DNA of 64,000 nucleotides, from the NCBI GenBank assembly GCA_951406725.2, contig OX597831.1:8246001-8310000 (forward strand), given 5' to 3'. Positions 24,199 through 38,123 of the stretch are shown one piece after another (position 1 is the stretch's first letter; each line of letters opens with the position of its first letter). The notes under the pieces were generated by a model. The model made no database searches. It worked only from the letters and a program-made list of their open reading frames with translations, and was not told where the DNA came from. This DNA comes from Octopus vulgaris (taxonomy: Eukaryota). Made by a program: the position numbers and the translations under genes.

Positions 24199-25120
24199 AT
24201 GTATGTAGGTATTTGTGTGTGTATCACTCTCTCCTTGGCTTGACATCATCGCATGATAGTTGTAACTGAGTGTCACTGTCAATACAAGGGGTATCCTTTA
24301 TTTCCAGTCTTTAGAGAGTTATCTGGCCATGGGGGCAATATTACTTGGCTTGGAAACAGGTGAGGGTTGGTGACAGGAAAGGCATCCAGTCATAGAAAAT
24401 CTGCCTCAGTAAGCTTTGTTCAACTTATGCAAGCATGGAAAAGTAGACATTAAAATGAAACAACAACAATGATGGTGGTGGTCGTGGTGGCAGTTTATGA
24501 CACTGCAAAATAAAAGTTAATTTGTGTTATTAATAATTGTAGCATTTTCAGTTTGCTTACGTAATTAATGCCATTGAGAAAGGGCATCAAAACTCGTATT
24601 TTATTGTTCCTTTCTTTGAAGTCAATAAGGCTAAGCACTAATTATTGGATTCGACTAATTATAAAGAGGCAAATATTTCGTTTTGATGATTTTTTGCAAT
24701 GTGTTAAATAGATGAATGGTTTTTATATTTCTCACTCTGTTTTCCTCTCCCCCCTCTCTCTAATATATATATGTTCGTCTATATGGTGATGGTAGCCTCT
24801 TGTAGTCCAAGAAAAACGGTTCTGCAATTCCTTGCTGTACATCAGCTCACTCCATCCGTCAAGTTGACATTGCCTGGACAGGTGCACAGTGCACCATGCA
24901 TCAGGTGTCGAAGTAAGTGCAGAGCAATGTAAGGTGAAGTGTTTTGCTCAAGAACAAAATGTGCCACCTGGTCCAAGGAATTGAAACCACAATCTCGCAG
25001 TTGTTAGTGCAACAGCCTAACCACTTGCCCATGCACCCTCACAGTGTGTGTGTGTGTGTGTGTGTGTGTATGAATATGTATATTTATATGTGTGTGAATA
25101 TGTATATATAACATGTCTGT

Positions 25121-25203
<83 letters not shown>

Positions 25204-25964
25204 CACACACACATATATAGACATTCCCACAGACACACACACACACACACCCATATATACAGTAATTCTTGTTCCAAATTAATTTGACAAGAACACAAGT
25301 CTGAAACATACTGCTGTTTGTCATTAATCATTAAATTCATTTGAGTGTGTGTGTAGATGTGTATAAACACGCACACACACACAAGCACACACACACACAA
25401 GCACACATGCACACACAGAGTTTGAAAGGAATTACCATATGTCCTAATCAATTTAATATTGAATTTTTCTGCTAAAGTTCTCAAATACATGTCTTGATAT
25501 CTAAATGTAGATTACCAAAATTAGGCTCCCAACACCACCATCTTTTCAGTCCCCGCTTCACGTACAGTGTTGACGGACACTCATTTCCAATTATTTATTC
25601 AATTTTTTCTCCATATTTCACAAATAAATCTACACTGTGTGTGCAGTTTATTTGTACAATAGATGTCTTTGCCAAATGTTCACTTGAGTGGGGATGGGTA
25701 TTCTTTAATTCTCTTCAACTGGTTTCATTCACGAGACTTTGGCCATGCTGGGGCATCAGGCTCAAGGCTTTTAATCATTAACATTGTCCTTAATATTGAA
25801 ATTAGTCTGGTTCTTATTTTACCGAGTTCTTTGTTTCTTCTGTTATTGGTTGTCTGTTGATTTTTCACATAAAGGGGTGCAATGTAACAGACCAGTTTAC
25901 ACCATTATACACAATTATACACAAATTCACCTATACATACACACACACAAGCAAACACATGCAA

Positions 25965-26392
25965 AGGGCTTCCTCACAGTTTCCACCTACCATATTCCAC
26001 TCCCAAAATCTTTGTCAAACTGAGGCTATAGTAGAAGACACTTGCCCAAGGTGCTACTGCAGATTTGGATTGAACCTGGGACCATGTGGTTGTGAAGTCA
26101 ACTTCTTACCTGCACAGCTGTGCCCGCATCTACGTTTTTGTTGATGGCAAAGAATTCTAAATTTTATGATTACAGTTCCATTTCTTACTTTAGGAAATGT
26201 CTTTAAGATGATGATGCCATCAATTTAGAGTTCACCAGGCATGGCTGCGTGGTTAAGAAACTCACTTTGCAATCACATGATTTTAGGTTCAGTCCCATTG
26301 TGTGGCATCTTGGGCAAGTGTTGTCTATTATAATCTTGGGCCAACTGATGCCCTTGTGAATGAATTCAGTGAGTGAAAACTGTGGAAGCCCA

Positions 26393-26395
<3 letters not shown>
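25965..26395. mobile_element. Two family B SINE halves in inverted orientation (25965-26125 minus, 26237-26395 plus)
   Basis: agaagacacttgcccaagg on the first copy pairs with cttgggcaagtgttgtcta on the second. Confidence 0.75.
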
Positions 26396-26461
<66 letters not shown>

Positions 26462-27100
26462 GCCACTTGTGAGGTCTCTCATGAGTGCTACTGGTAACAT
26501 GGAATCCAGTACATGTTGCATTGTCAAGTCATTGGCAATTAAACCACTGTGCCCCCCACCACCAAAGACAAAAGGATGGAAGAGCCTAGCTTCAGTGAAT
26601 ATCTTGAAATACCAATTCTGGGTTAGTGTTTGGGATACTGGAAGACCATTGGGGAGTGAGGCACTCCTCAGCATTTTTTTTTTTTTTTTTTTTGAAGCAT
26701 AACTCTAAGAGCTGGTCAGTCTGATATAAAACTGGACATGCAGGAAATGGCATTGGGCATTTCATGGATAGTTTTGCTGGCATTTGAGATCTTGGTGCTC
26801 CCACATTGCTGAGCTTGTGACCCATATTGACATTGGACATCTTGCCTTGGTTTGTCTCTGGATTATGTCAGTAGGTTGGAGAGGGCCTATGAGGTGTTGC
26901 ATTATGCAAGCCTTATCAGAACCTAAAATGTTGACTAGACATTCCTTTGTCAGTGATGGTCATCTTCCTCTGTGAGATGACAGCCATCATCATGTATGTG
27001 CCTTTGTGTCTCTATGTCCCTGCCCCCACCACTCAATCAAGTACTGGGGCCAGTATAATCATACCCCTTTCCTTATCACTGGCCTTGCATCTAAGCTAGA

Positions 27101-27360
<260 letters not shown>

Positions 27361-27831
27361 ACTTTTTAACTCAGGTTTAATGTAACTCTTGGAGTCTTGG
27401 ATGCATAGTGGGCTTGCTGCCTGCAGCCTATGGTACCATGCTATCTGTTCCTTTCTATTATCTAATAACTCCTCTTCCTTCTTCTCATTATTTTTATCCT
27501 TAGTATAATCATTTGGAAGTGAGCAATCCCCAATCTTATGTAAATTCCTAAACATTGTCATAGTGATGTATTGTTTAGTGAAGAAATTAATGGACCCGTG
27601 AGGAGAGAAGTGAGGGGCGTGCGTGTGTGGGATGGGGTGGAGGGGTATTTCTATTTTTATTCAATTTTTGAAAAAGTCGTTTATTTTTATTTCATGATTA
27701 ATTTTGATATCTTGATATTTCTGACATTTGAATTAATTGCCAGGTTTAGCCATTTGATAATGACACTTGGAAAATGATTACACACACACACACACACACA
27801 CACATGTATATACATATATACCGACATGTGT

Positions 27832-27862
<31 letters not shown>

Positions 27863-27885
27863 TATACATATATACCGACATATGT

Positions 27886-27932
<47 letters not shown>

Positions 27933-28377
27933 AAAATACATGCGTGCACGTATGTTTCATATTTTTGCATTTGAAACACACAATTCTAAATTCTAACGAA
28001 GAAATCCGTGAGAAAAATAGAAGAAAAGTCAAGAGTTAAACTGCGTTAAGATGCTTCCAAATAGATGAGATTTTAATTGGTTAGTACATAACGAGGAAGT
28101 TAAGTTTGCTCAGTATGAGGAGGGCTGGAAATTTCATACACCATACAATAGGAAGACTAAAACACACCTCCCTCACTCTGTCTGTCTGTTTGTCTGTCTC
28201 TCTCTCTCTCCACACACACACATACACACACACACACACAATTAGCTGGGATAAATTCTACCCATTTTGATGACTCTGTTCATCTACACACACATGTATA
28301 CACTCACTACTCTGTTCCTTTCCAGTCTATGCTCATATACATACGTGTGTGTGTCTATATATATATATATATACACA

Positions 28378-28606
28378 GTGGCGAGCTGGCAGAAGCGCTA
28401 GCGCGCTGGGCGAAATGCTTAGCCGTATTTCGTCTGGCATTACGTTCTGAGTTCAAATTCCGCCGAGGTCGACTTTGCCTTTCATCCTTTCGGGGTCGAT
28501 AAATTAAGTACCAGTTACGCACTGGGGTTGATGTAATCAACTTAATCCCTTTGTCTGTCCTTGTTTGTCCCCTCTGTGTTTAGCCCCTTGTGGGCTGTAA
28601 AGAAAT
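28378..28606 (+). mobile_element. SINE family A, full-length CpG-rich copy
   Basis: tRNA-like head (gagctggcagaa...gagttcaaattcc B-box), central gcctttcatcctttcggggtcgataaattaagtaccag (resembles the Meta-SINE domain as I recall it), tail ...gtaaagaaat. Confidence 0.9.
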
Positions 28607-28641
28607 GTATATATATGCATGTATGTATATTTATGTGAACA

Positions 28642-28846
28642 TTCTTTTACTCTTTTACTTGTTTCAGTCATTTGACTGTGGCCATGCTGGAGCACCGCCT
28701 TTAGTCGAGCAAATCGACGCCAGCACTTATTCTATCGGTCTCTTTTGCTGAACTGCTAAGTTACGTGGACGTAAACACACCAGCATCGGTTCTCATGTGA
28801 TGCTGGGAGCGGGGGAGGACGAACACAGACACACACACACATACAC

Positions 28847-28881
<35 letters not shown>

Positions 28882-29053
28882 CATATATACGATGGGCTTC
28901 TTTCAGTTTCCATCTACCAAATCCACTCACAAGGCTTTGGTCGGCCCAAGGCTATAGTAGAAGACACTTGCCCAAGGTGCCATACAATGGGACTGAACCC
29001 GGAACCATGTGGTTGGTAAACAAGCTACTTACCACACAGCCACCCCTGCGCCT
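28642..29053 (-). mobile_element. SINE family B (CORE-like), full-length young copy with internal microsatellite
   Basis: On the minus strand: ggctgtgtggtaagtagc...gggttcagtccca...ccttgggcaagtgtcttctactatagcc...(ta/tg)n...gactgaaacaagtaaaagagtaaaag. Confidence 0.88.
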
Positions 29054-29099
29054 ACATACAGACACACACATTGTATGTGTGTGTTTGTTTGTAATATAT

Positions 29100-29150
29100 A
29101 AATAGATAGACAGATAGAGATATAGGTAGGTAGGCAGACAGGTAGGTAGG

Positions 29151-29189
<39 letters not shown>

Positions 29190-29270
29190 GTAGATAGACA
29201 GATAGATAGATAGATAGACAGATAAGTAGGTAGGTAGGATGGATGGCTGGATGGAACGTTAGATAGATAG
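29100..29270. repeat. (GATA/GGTA/GACA)n tetranucleotide microsatellite
   Basis: Directly visible. Confidence 0.95.
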
Positions 29271-30206
29271 CTCTATACCATCATCCATCACAGTTTTACA
29301 TCAACTTTCTATGCGGGCATGGGTTGGATGGATTGTCATATTCAGGAGTATTGGTCATCTACGTGGATTGGAGGGATGCATCTCACTCATGTACACGTGC
29401 ATATCATCATTATCACCATCATTGCTTGCATGGGTCAGACAAGTTTCATTGAAGCAGATGTTCTGTGACTGGGTGCTCTTCCTGTTGCCAAACTGCACCT
29501 GTTTCTATTCAAGGTAATCTTTTCTCATGGCCAGAAAGGTTTGTTTTTTTTACAGAAAGCCAGACACACACACATGCACACATATACGTCATCTTCATCA
29601 TTGTTTTTGCATCCATTTTCCACTCTGGCGTGGGTTGGACGGTTTGACTGGAGCTGGTAAGCTGGAGAGCTGTATCAGGCTCCAGTCTCTGATTTTGGCT
29701 TCGTTTCTGCAGCTGGATGCCCAAGGTTTTTCTTTTAAATTTCAAGGACCACTTTCTATCCTCTAAGGAGATTATAACCTGATTTGCGATCATAAATCAA
29801 TCAGAACAAGGAAACAGTAAAAACATGTTCAATTGCAGCAACTGTTTTCGATATCTACATTGTGTTTAATTAAGATTGCATAGAACCAGTTTATCACTGT
29901 CACAGATAAGCGTAGTTAGGATTTTAATGAAAAATGAAAAAAAAATGTTAATGATACATGGTTTTGTATGAGTGGAAATTATGAAACTGTATCATTTTTT
30001 TTCTTATCGAATTGTTTGCACATTTAAAAATGTGGTAAGTAGGAATTTATTTGAGTAATGAACTTCAAATTGTAAATTGGTTTGTCTTAAAGAAGAGGGA
30101 AAGCTTGTTTCTTGCTGTGTCTTTTGACAGAGAATTATATTTCCAGATGGAACCCAATAAATAAATTAGGAACCTCTCTGTTGTTCTATCTCTCTGTTTC
30201 TGTCTG

Positions 30207-30278
<72 letters not shown>

Positions 30279-31334
30279 TGCTGGTCTGTCTGATTATTTC
30301 TCTCCTTCTGTGTCATATTTACAAGTATCAGCAATCATGGATCTCCGTGCCAGAGTTAGAAGTTAAATACTTTCCCTTGGGAAAGTTACCATAGCGCTTC
30401 TCCATTGCTTCCTGCCAATTTATTTACCATTTACTCTGCTAATCTTCTGCTGCTTCCCCAAGCTTTCCTTTGTGACATGGGGTCTATTTCACCCTTAAGC
30501 AGGGTGTTCATATGACATTAGGGCATGACTACACGTTGTTGGATTTGTGTCATGTATGTCCAAGTACCAGCGTTCCACCAAGTGGTGTTTGCCTTAACCA
30601 CGAGACCATTTCCTACTATCTGACCCACAACCGTAGCCCTTGACAGGTACTAATACTCAGAGTCAGAGTAGATCGGAAGGGGGTGTGTGCTGTGATGAAA
30701 GAATTACTCCATTTTCATCAAAATGTCTCAACTCCGGATGCAGTTTCATCTGTTACTCAGGATACAATGACCAAAGAAATCCTTCATGGTTGTTTGCACC
30801 TCAATTCAGTTCTTCCAGATTTTTCTCAAACTCATGCCCCCCCACCCCCACCCCCCGTTTACCATTCTGCTGCTGGATGGAAGCCTCACCATGCCATCAT
30901 TGCCAGCTCGTCTTTGCTGCCAGTTGCAGATCTGCCCTTTCCATACTGACCAGTGGGTGGTGGTGGGTTGGGTGGTAGTATTCATCTATGGTCTGGTGGT
31001 TAGCCCTGTCTGTCAGCATTAGGGCAGAAGTTCAACTGAAAATGCAAAGTGCAGGAACAACTACCACAAGGCACTTTGAGTGATGCTATAACAATTTCCA
31101 GAGTTGTCAATGGCACGATTTGAACTCAAAGCCAGGAGAAGCACAAGAAAGGTGTTTAATCTGATTCTCTTACACTTTGCCAAATAAATAATCAACTAAT
31201 TAGTCAAAACATAACATTTTACCTCTTCCTCACAGCTAAAGAATTTATTTCATTTTTTAAACTATCCCCACTAATTACTAATTCAATCTATCTCTAGTTT
31301 ACTCAAATCCTGTTTATTTTACCTGTATATGGTG

Positions 31335-31500
31335 TTGCTGTTGTTGTTTAGCCCCAGGTCAGCCTTAACTGAGCAGACCTATTCATCACTATTCCGTTTT
31401 ATTCACCTAAACCAACATTATCCAACCTTCTTTTAGGTAGCAGGATATGATTTAAAGGAGATTTGGCTGCTATTTCTAGCAAGTGGAGGAGCAATCACAT
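31335..31500 (+). repeat. Old interspersed repeat family (other copies about 4635-4830, 44890-45035, 49270-49420 on +; 19540-19810, 56790-56950 on -)
   Basis: Shared ttgttgttta.ccc...cagacctat...acattatccaa...gagatttggc.gctatttctag motif chain. Confidence 0.6.
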
Positions 31501-31719
31501 TCACCTGTGTTTTCAGTGTGGTAGTATCCTTGCGCATTACTACTGTAGGATTCGGTAATTTTTAGTTGAACAGGGGAAAAGAAAAACACCCAAAACCTAC
31601 AGAAATGCATTTGCTGTGAACAGCTTCTAAAACTCTCCCTTGCATCTCTCACACACACTCTCTCTCTCTCCCTCTTTTTCTTCTCTCTCTCTCTCTCTCT
31701 TGCTTCCTTCTCACTCCTT

Positions 31720-31773
<54 letters not shown>

Positions 31774-32079
31774 AAACAAAAAGGAACATAAAACAGTTTC
31801 CGGAAGGTTTATTAGACAGTTTTATGTTGATTTATTTATTAGAAAATATATTTTTCTTGTTAAACTTTGATATGCATTGGAGAATGAATGGATTGTTCTA
31901 ACACAGTTGTACGTCTTATCCTAGGTGTAAAACCATGTTCACCATTGCTGCGATGAGATATTTTTCTTGTTGAACACTTGCTTACAGAATGAGTCATGAT
32001 AAATCAGTAGAACTCGGTGATAGTAGATGATATACACACATACACACATACATGCATCCATACATACATGTATACATAC

Positions 32080-32110
<31 letters not shown>

Positions 32111-32354
32111 AGGGGGAGGAGCAAAATGGTTGATAGCTGGCCAAAGTTGTGTTATCGATCATCATGATAAGATCAGCCATGATGTAAACCGGAATATTGG
32201 TGATGGGACTTAGGTCATAACTAAACACGGGATTAGTGTTCTCTCATTGTCATTGTCAGTTTATAAATAAAAACTATTTTAAAGCTCATACATGCATAAA
32301 CACACACACACACACACACGCATGCGTGCGTACATATGCACATACACACATATA

Positions 32355-32394
<40 letters not shown>

Positions 32395-32556
32395 CTTTTC
32401 TGATTTGATCCCACCAACTTATTTAAAAAATAAAAATACTGGTTCAGCTGAAGATAAAAATGCTCCATTCTTATTAATGCTAGAGTTCAGACAAAATCTA
32501 ATAAATAAACCATTGAACAGATTACTGTCTCATTTTTGTCTCTCTTTTTCTCTCAA

Positions 32557-32626
<70 letters not shown>

Positions 32627-33751
32627 ACACACACACACACACACACAGTGACATTATGTAATATGGACATGCAAATCATCATGGCGAGAATCATTATCAA
32701 CGAGAACATTCATTTTTACTTCTTGTTATATACACATGTAGCCATGTAGTATTTTTGTAGCATCCACATGCACTTGCTGTGTTGGCAACATGCCATAGAC
32801 ATGTAGTGTTTTACAACATGCACTTAAACGTGTTTGCAACACTGCATAGCTGTAGTGTGTTTGCAACATCTGTACAAACATGGAGCGTTGACAAAAATCA
32901 CATAGGCATATAGCTTTTGCAGCATCCATGTGTACATGTTGTGTGTGCAACACCACATGCATACATGTAGCATTGGCAGCATCAGACACATGAACGCACC
33001 CTCACTGCATGTATTCAAAAACCCATTTTCTCCCTGCCCACAGGGACACACAGACAGAGGGCAGGTGTGTTGAATGAGAGACCTGCCAGATAATGTTGAA
33101 GGTGACAAGAGGAAGATTTTGGTCCTCCTGCAAGAGGAACAGGTGGACCTGTCGAAATGAGATGGGGTGTGGGTGTGGGGGAAGAAGTGGTGGTTGTGGT
33201 GGTGGGGCTGCATCAATAATGAAGAGGAGGAGGAAGAAGAAGTATAAAAGGAGAAGGAAAATGAAAAAAACCAAATAAAAAAATTACTCCGTAAGTCGAC
33301 CACCACTGATGATAGTCAATCTGTTTTCTGCTCTTTGTTCAAGCTGTGTGACTCAACCCAATAAATCATGCTGTCTATCAAACTACAATCTTTCATTGAT
33401 CATTCAGAAATCCAACATTTGTTGTTGTTGTAATAACCATTAAGTTTTTTTCTTGGCATTTAATGTGCTTGCACCCCCTCCACCCCCCAGTTATCTAATG
33501 AACTGACCTAACAAAACCTGATGATGAACCGTTAAAAAAACCTCTCTGTTACCAATTGACCTGCTAGAAATAGTAATCAAATGTCCTTCAAATTGCACTC
33601 TTGGACAGGGATTTTCAAGTGCTGTGCTGCAGATTTTTAAAAATTTCATTTCAGGCTTTTGCGACCATATTTTTTATTAAAAAAACACTGCTTTTGCTTC
33701 AGTTAATTTTAAAGATAATGAAGAAATTTAGTAAAATAATTGTATGTTTAT

Positions 33752-34056
33752 CAATGCTGGGCCTCACTGAGGAAATGACGAGGGACCGGGAGATGTGGCT
33801 GTTTGCTGTACTTGGTAAGATGCATCAAGCTAAGTAAAAACACTGTCTTGCTCACATACAGGCTTGTGCTTTTCAGGTACTAGTGCCAGGTAAAAAGCAC
33901 CCAGTGGAGCACTCTGTTAAGTGGTTGGCATTAGGAAGGGCATCCAGCCATAGAAACCATGCCACAACAGACAATTGCAGTCTGGACAGCTGGCCAAGTC
34001 TATGTCAAACAGTCCAACCCATACCAGCATAGAAAATTGGATGTTAAATCATGATG
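33752..34056 (+). mobile_element. RTE LINE 3' fragment: ORF2 C-terminus joined to the (GAT)n-tailed 3' UTR
   Basis: MLGLTEEMTRDREMWLFAVLGKMHQAK* is followed by taaaaagcaccc...aggaagggcatccagc...gtccaaccca. This links the abundant tail family to an RTE-type LINE. Confidence 0.75.
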
Positions 34057-35626
34057 TTTAGAACATAATCATGAAATTTTGGTGGAAGCTTTTGAGGTCA
34101 TTTTAAAACAATGTGTTTGTATTGTAGAACCAGGGTCACTCTCAGGTGGGTTGGTGTCAAAAGGAATTAAAGCCTTAGAAAATCCATAATAATATTCAAG
34201 TGTCAACAAAAGACCTTATTTAGAATTTTGTTAAATACCAATAGGATTAATAAAACCAGGCGAATAATTGTTTGCTGTGTTTTTGTTTTTTGTTTTTTGG
34301 TTAATTAAAAATTGTTTTCCTCTTTTGATCCCAACCCACCTGAGACCAGCCCAAGTTCTGTGATACAAAATGAAAGCTTTCCTTCAAAAATTAATACTGG
34401 GGTTGATTTGAGTGACTAATCCCCCCAATCAGGTTAATTTAATCTAGCTTAATGAGGATAAAGTTATGTCGCTAAATTCTTTGTTGCTTTTGAAATTAAT
34501 TGAAACAAAGGCAGAGCATTTCAATAGAAATATGGTAAGAAGAGGCTTGAAGCAGATTCAGGAATGGTTGTGTTGGTTCAGCTTTAGGTTCAATCCCAAG
34601 GTTCATCTTTGGGCAGATGTTTTCTGTAAGCCCTGGTCAGTCACTGTTTTGGCAAGAGTGTGTGTGTGTGCATATCTTTGCTTCTGTGTTTGCCATTCAC
34701 CACATGACAACTGGTGTTGGTTTGTTTATGTCCCTGAAACTTAGCAGTTCAACATAAAGAGACCAATGTATTAAGTACCAGACTCAAGATAAAAACTGGG
34801 TGCTGGGGTCAATTTGAGGGACTAAACCTTTGTCTTGCCACTTGACAACTGGTATTAATTTGTTTCTGCCCCAGTAACTTAGAGATTCAGCAAAAGAGAC
34901 CAACAGAATAAGCACCAAGTTTAAAATAAATAGGCAGGTGTTTGATTTGAGGGACTCCACAACATTTCAAGCAGGGTACCCTGCCACATCACAGCTATGG
35001 CCCCAGTCCAAAGAAAGATAAAACTGTAATTTTTGATTTGCCATGGAAGTGACGCCAGTCTTTTGCCTTCTGTTTATCTCCCGTTATATGTGACAATACC
35101 AAAAAGGGTTGCGAATGGAAAAGACCTTTTTTTTTTAGAGTTAAACGGAGCAGAAAAATAAATTTCTTCCAAGTTCATATCCCAATGGCCAGATGACTAT
35201 ATCAAGAACCACTTCATTACAAGTTGATTATTTTTCTATCAATCGCAATCAATCATAATCAATCACCAATTGTTACTACTTTTATTTTCTCTTTTGTCAT
35301 CTTATGGATTCTTGCACTAAATCCCTTCCTTTTGAGCTGCTTTCGTCATTTCTTTTCTCCCATCCTCAGTGGGGGGGAGTAGGGGTGGTGATGGTAGGGC
35401 AGTGGGGGCGGTGGTGGTGGTGGTGATTCTCTGAAGCATTGAGTCAACAACTGACAAAGTCCATCATGTCATGATGCATTATTTCCGTTTTTCCAATAAA
35501 AATAACTTCTATTTTTTTATCATTTGAGCACTCACAGCCATTCAAGTAATTAATATTTTTAAATAAAAACTCTTATTTACTTTCTTTCCAATTATATTTT
35601 TTTGAAAAATATCATTATATTATAGT

Positions 35627-36000
35627 CGCAGGCATGGCTCTGTGTTAAGAAGCTTGCTTCCCGACCACGTGGTTCTTGGTTCAGTCCCACTACATGCCAC
35701 CTTGGGCAAGTGTCTTCTATTGTAGCCTCGAGTCAACCAAAGCTTTGTTTAGTGAATTTGGTAGACGGAAACTAAAGAGAAGCCTGTTGTGTGTGTGTGT
35801 GTTCCCCACCATCACTTGACAACCAGTGTTGGTGTGTTTACATCCCAATAACTTAGTGATCCAGAAAGAGAGGCTAATTGAATAAGTACCAGGCTAAAAG
35901 AAAACAATAAGCCTTGTGGGGGGGGGGGGTCAACTAAAAATTCTTCAGAGCATTGCCCCAGCATGGCCACAGCCTAATGACTGAGATGAGTAAAAGATAA
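35627..36000 (+). mobile_element. SINE family B, full length
   Basis: cgcaggcatggctctgtgttaagaagcttgcttccc...cttgggcaagtgtcttcta...gactgagatgagtaaaagataa. Confidence 0.82.
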
Positions 36001-36978
36001 CAGATAACAGATATTGATTTCTTTTATCAAGGCTCTATACTAAGTTTAGTGAAAAATATAAGCAACTGAATTGACCCCCCCCTCCCCCGGCATATGACTG
36101 GTACATATTTTATGGACATTAAAAAGACCGAAGGTAAAATTAACCACCAGTAAGACCTTAACATGCAACAGAAACATCATTGTCGTCACCATCATCATCA
36201 TCATCATAACCATTGTTTAAGTATCCACTTTTCTCTGTTTGCATGGGTTGCACAGATTTTCTACCGCTATATCCCCTTCTTGTTGTTAATCCTCACCTGT
36301 TTCCAAGCAATGAAATATTTCCCAGTAGCGAAGCATGCTTTCTTGGAAGATTGGAAATGAATGACACTGCTTGTATGATGGTGATACTCATTTACAGCTA
36401 TTACATAATGTCAAGACAAGGAGACAGCAACACACACTTAGATATATACATGGTAGCTGTTTTAAGTTTCCATCTACCAATTCCACTTTCAAGGCTTGGT
36501 CAGCTTGTCCAGCTTGAGGTTACACTAGAAAACACTTGTCCAAAGTGCCACACATAGGGACTGAACCTCAGACCATGAGATTGGGAAAGAAACTTTTTAC
36601 TACCCAGCCACGCCACCACCAGATGACTAAATACGATGTCATTACTCCACCAAATCTCTTTTTCTGATTTCAGCAAAGGATTTGTCTCATTGGCAGAAGA
36701 CCACAAATTTTATAGGAAAAAGATTTGTACCAGTCATGCACTGGGGTTGGTTAAGTTGATTGATTAGATTGGCACAACTATAAGAGTGTCAGACAAATTG
36801 TCTTCAGGTATTATTCAATCAGGACTCTTCACCTCGTGGGTTAAAATCCAACTAATGTCAACTTTGGCTTTCATCATTCAGGATTTGATAAGACAGTATA
36901 GCACTGGTACTCAGGTTGATTTATATTCCACTGATGCATCAGAAATGTAAATGGCATTAAAATTGAAAGGAAATAATT

Positions 36979-37201
36979 ATGTCTGTGCCTCCCACTCTAT
37001 TAAACTGCATCTGCCCCTCCCACTCTACTAAATTGCATCTTCCCTTCCCACTCTACTAATTTGTATCTGCCCCTCCCACTCTACTGAACTGTATCTGCCC
37101 CGCCCACTTTACTAAATTGTATCTGCCCCTCTCACTATACTAAAGCATATCTGCTCCTCTCTCTCTGTTAAACTGTATCTGCCCCTCCCCCTCTACTAAA
37201 C
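36979..37201 (+). repeat. 28-bp minisatellite, 8 copies (consensus tgtatctgcccctcccactctactaaay)
   Basis: Units start at about 36979, 37006, 37034, 37062, 37090, 37118, 37146 and 37174. Confidence 0.93.
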
Positions 37202-37278
37202 CATTGATCCCATTGATCCAATTATCTATTGGCAATTTACTTTACAAGACACTATCAATTTTTTGTTTTGTTTTACAG

Positions 37279-37367
37279 CAAGATGTGAACCAGTTGTCTG
37301 ATGTAGAAAAGTTATTGTTGTACCTCAAACTTCCTACTGGCGCCACCAATGATGACCAACTCACACT
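37279..37367 (+). CDS. RFX7: RFX7-like exon, N-terminal dimerisation region (QDVNQLSDVEKLLLYLKLPTGATNDDQLT)
   Basis: ttttgttttacag acceptor, gtatgt donor (37368), 89 nt ending in phase 2. EKLLLYLKLPTG resembles the RFX5/7 motif (D/E)KLYLYLQLPSG. Confidence 0.93.
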
Positions 37368-38123
37368 GTATGTACCTGTTTTACCTGTTGCTTCAGTATT
37401 TCATATGTCGCTGTATTTCACTTCACCCCCTGTCAATACAGACAGCGTATTCCATCTTTCTGCTATATTGCATTTACCTGTGTGTATATATATGTGTTTA
37501 CATATGTATGTATTATTTGAAACAGATTCGTTCATGTGTGACTTAAAGGTATGTAGGCTTCTTACAGAGACCTAACCCATCGGGCACAGTTAGATGAATG
37601 GAGAGATGCAGGAAGTTCAAGCTGGCTGCTGGGAACTGGGCTGCTATTGGTTGGTCAAGGTGGGTCACATGGTGTCATTAGGAGTAAGATCAACATTCCA
37701 ACGACACCAAATGAATTAAAAAGGAGAATTTCTTGGACCATGTGGCTGGACAGGAAGCTGGTAGCTCCTAGCTGCCTGGTGGATCTTTGAAGGGACTTGT
37801 GGGACATGGGATATATGACCAGGAAGGATGTATGTGTGTGTGTGAGCATATGAGTGCATTGGTGTGGGTGTCTTCATTTCTCTTTAGTTATACTTGATTA
37901 TGGATGTATGTTTGTGTGTATTATATGTGCATGTATATATCATACCTTATTATAGAGTAAAAACACAGGGGTCAGCTGTCTCAATTTAGTGAGGAAATAG
38001 ATTTAATACTGTTCACAAGAATGTATGGGACAAAGTTTGAACTTTTCTGTAACGGATCAAAAGGGTCCACCCAATCCTTGACTGTGGATTTAGTAGATAG
38101 AAACTAAAAGAAATCCATCACGT

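Noticed and set aside
30340-31020. GC-richer non-microsatellite segment with overlapping ORFs
   Set aside because: No recognisable domain or convincing splice pair. Probably an old unclassified repeat that needs a database search.
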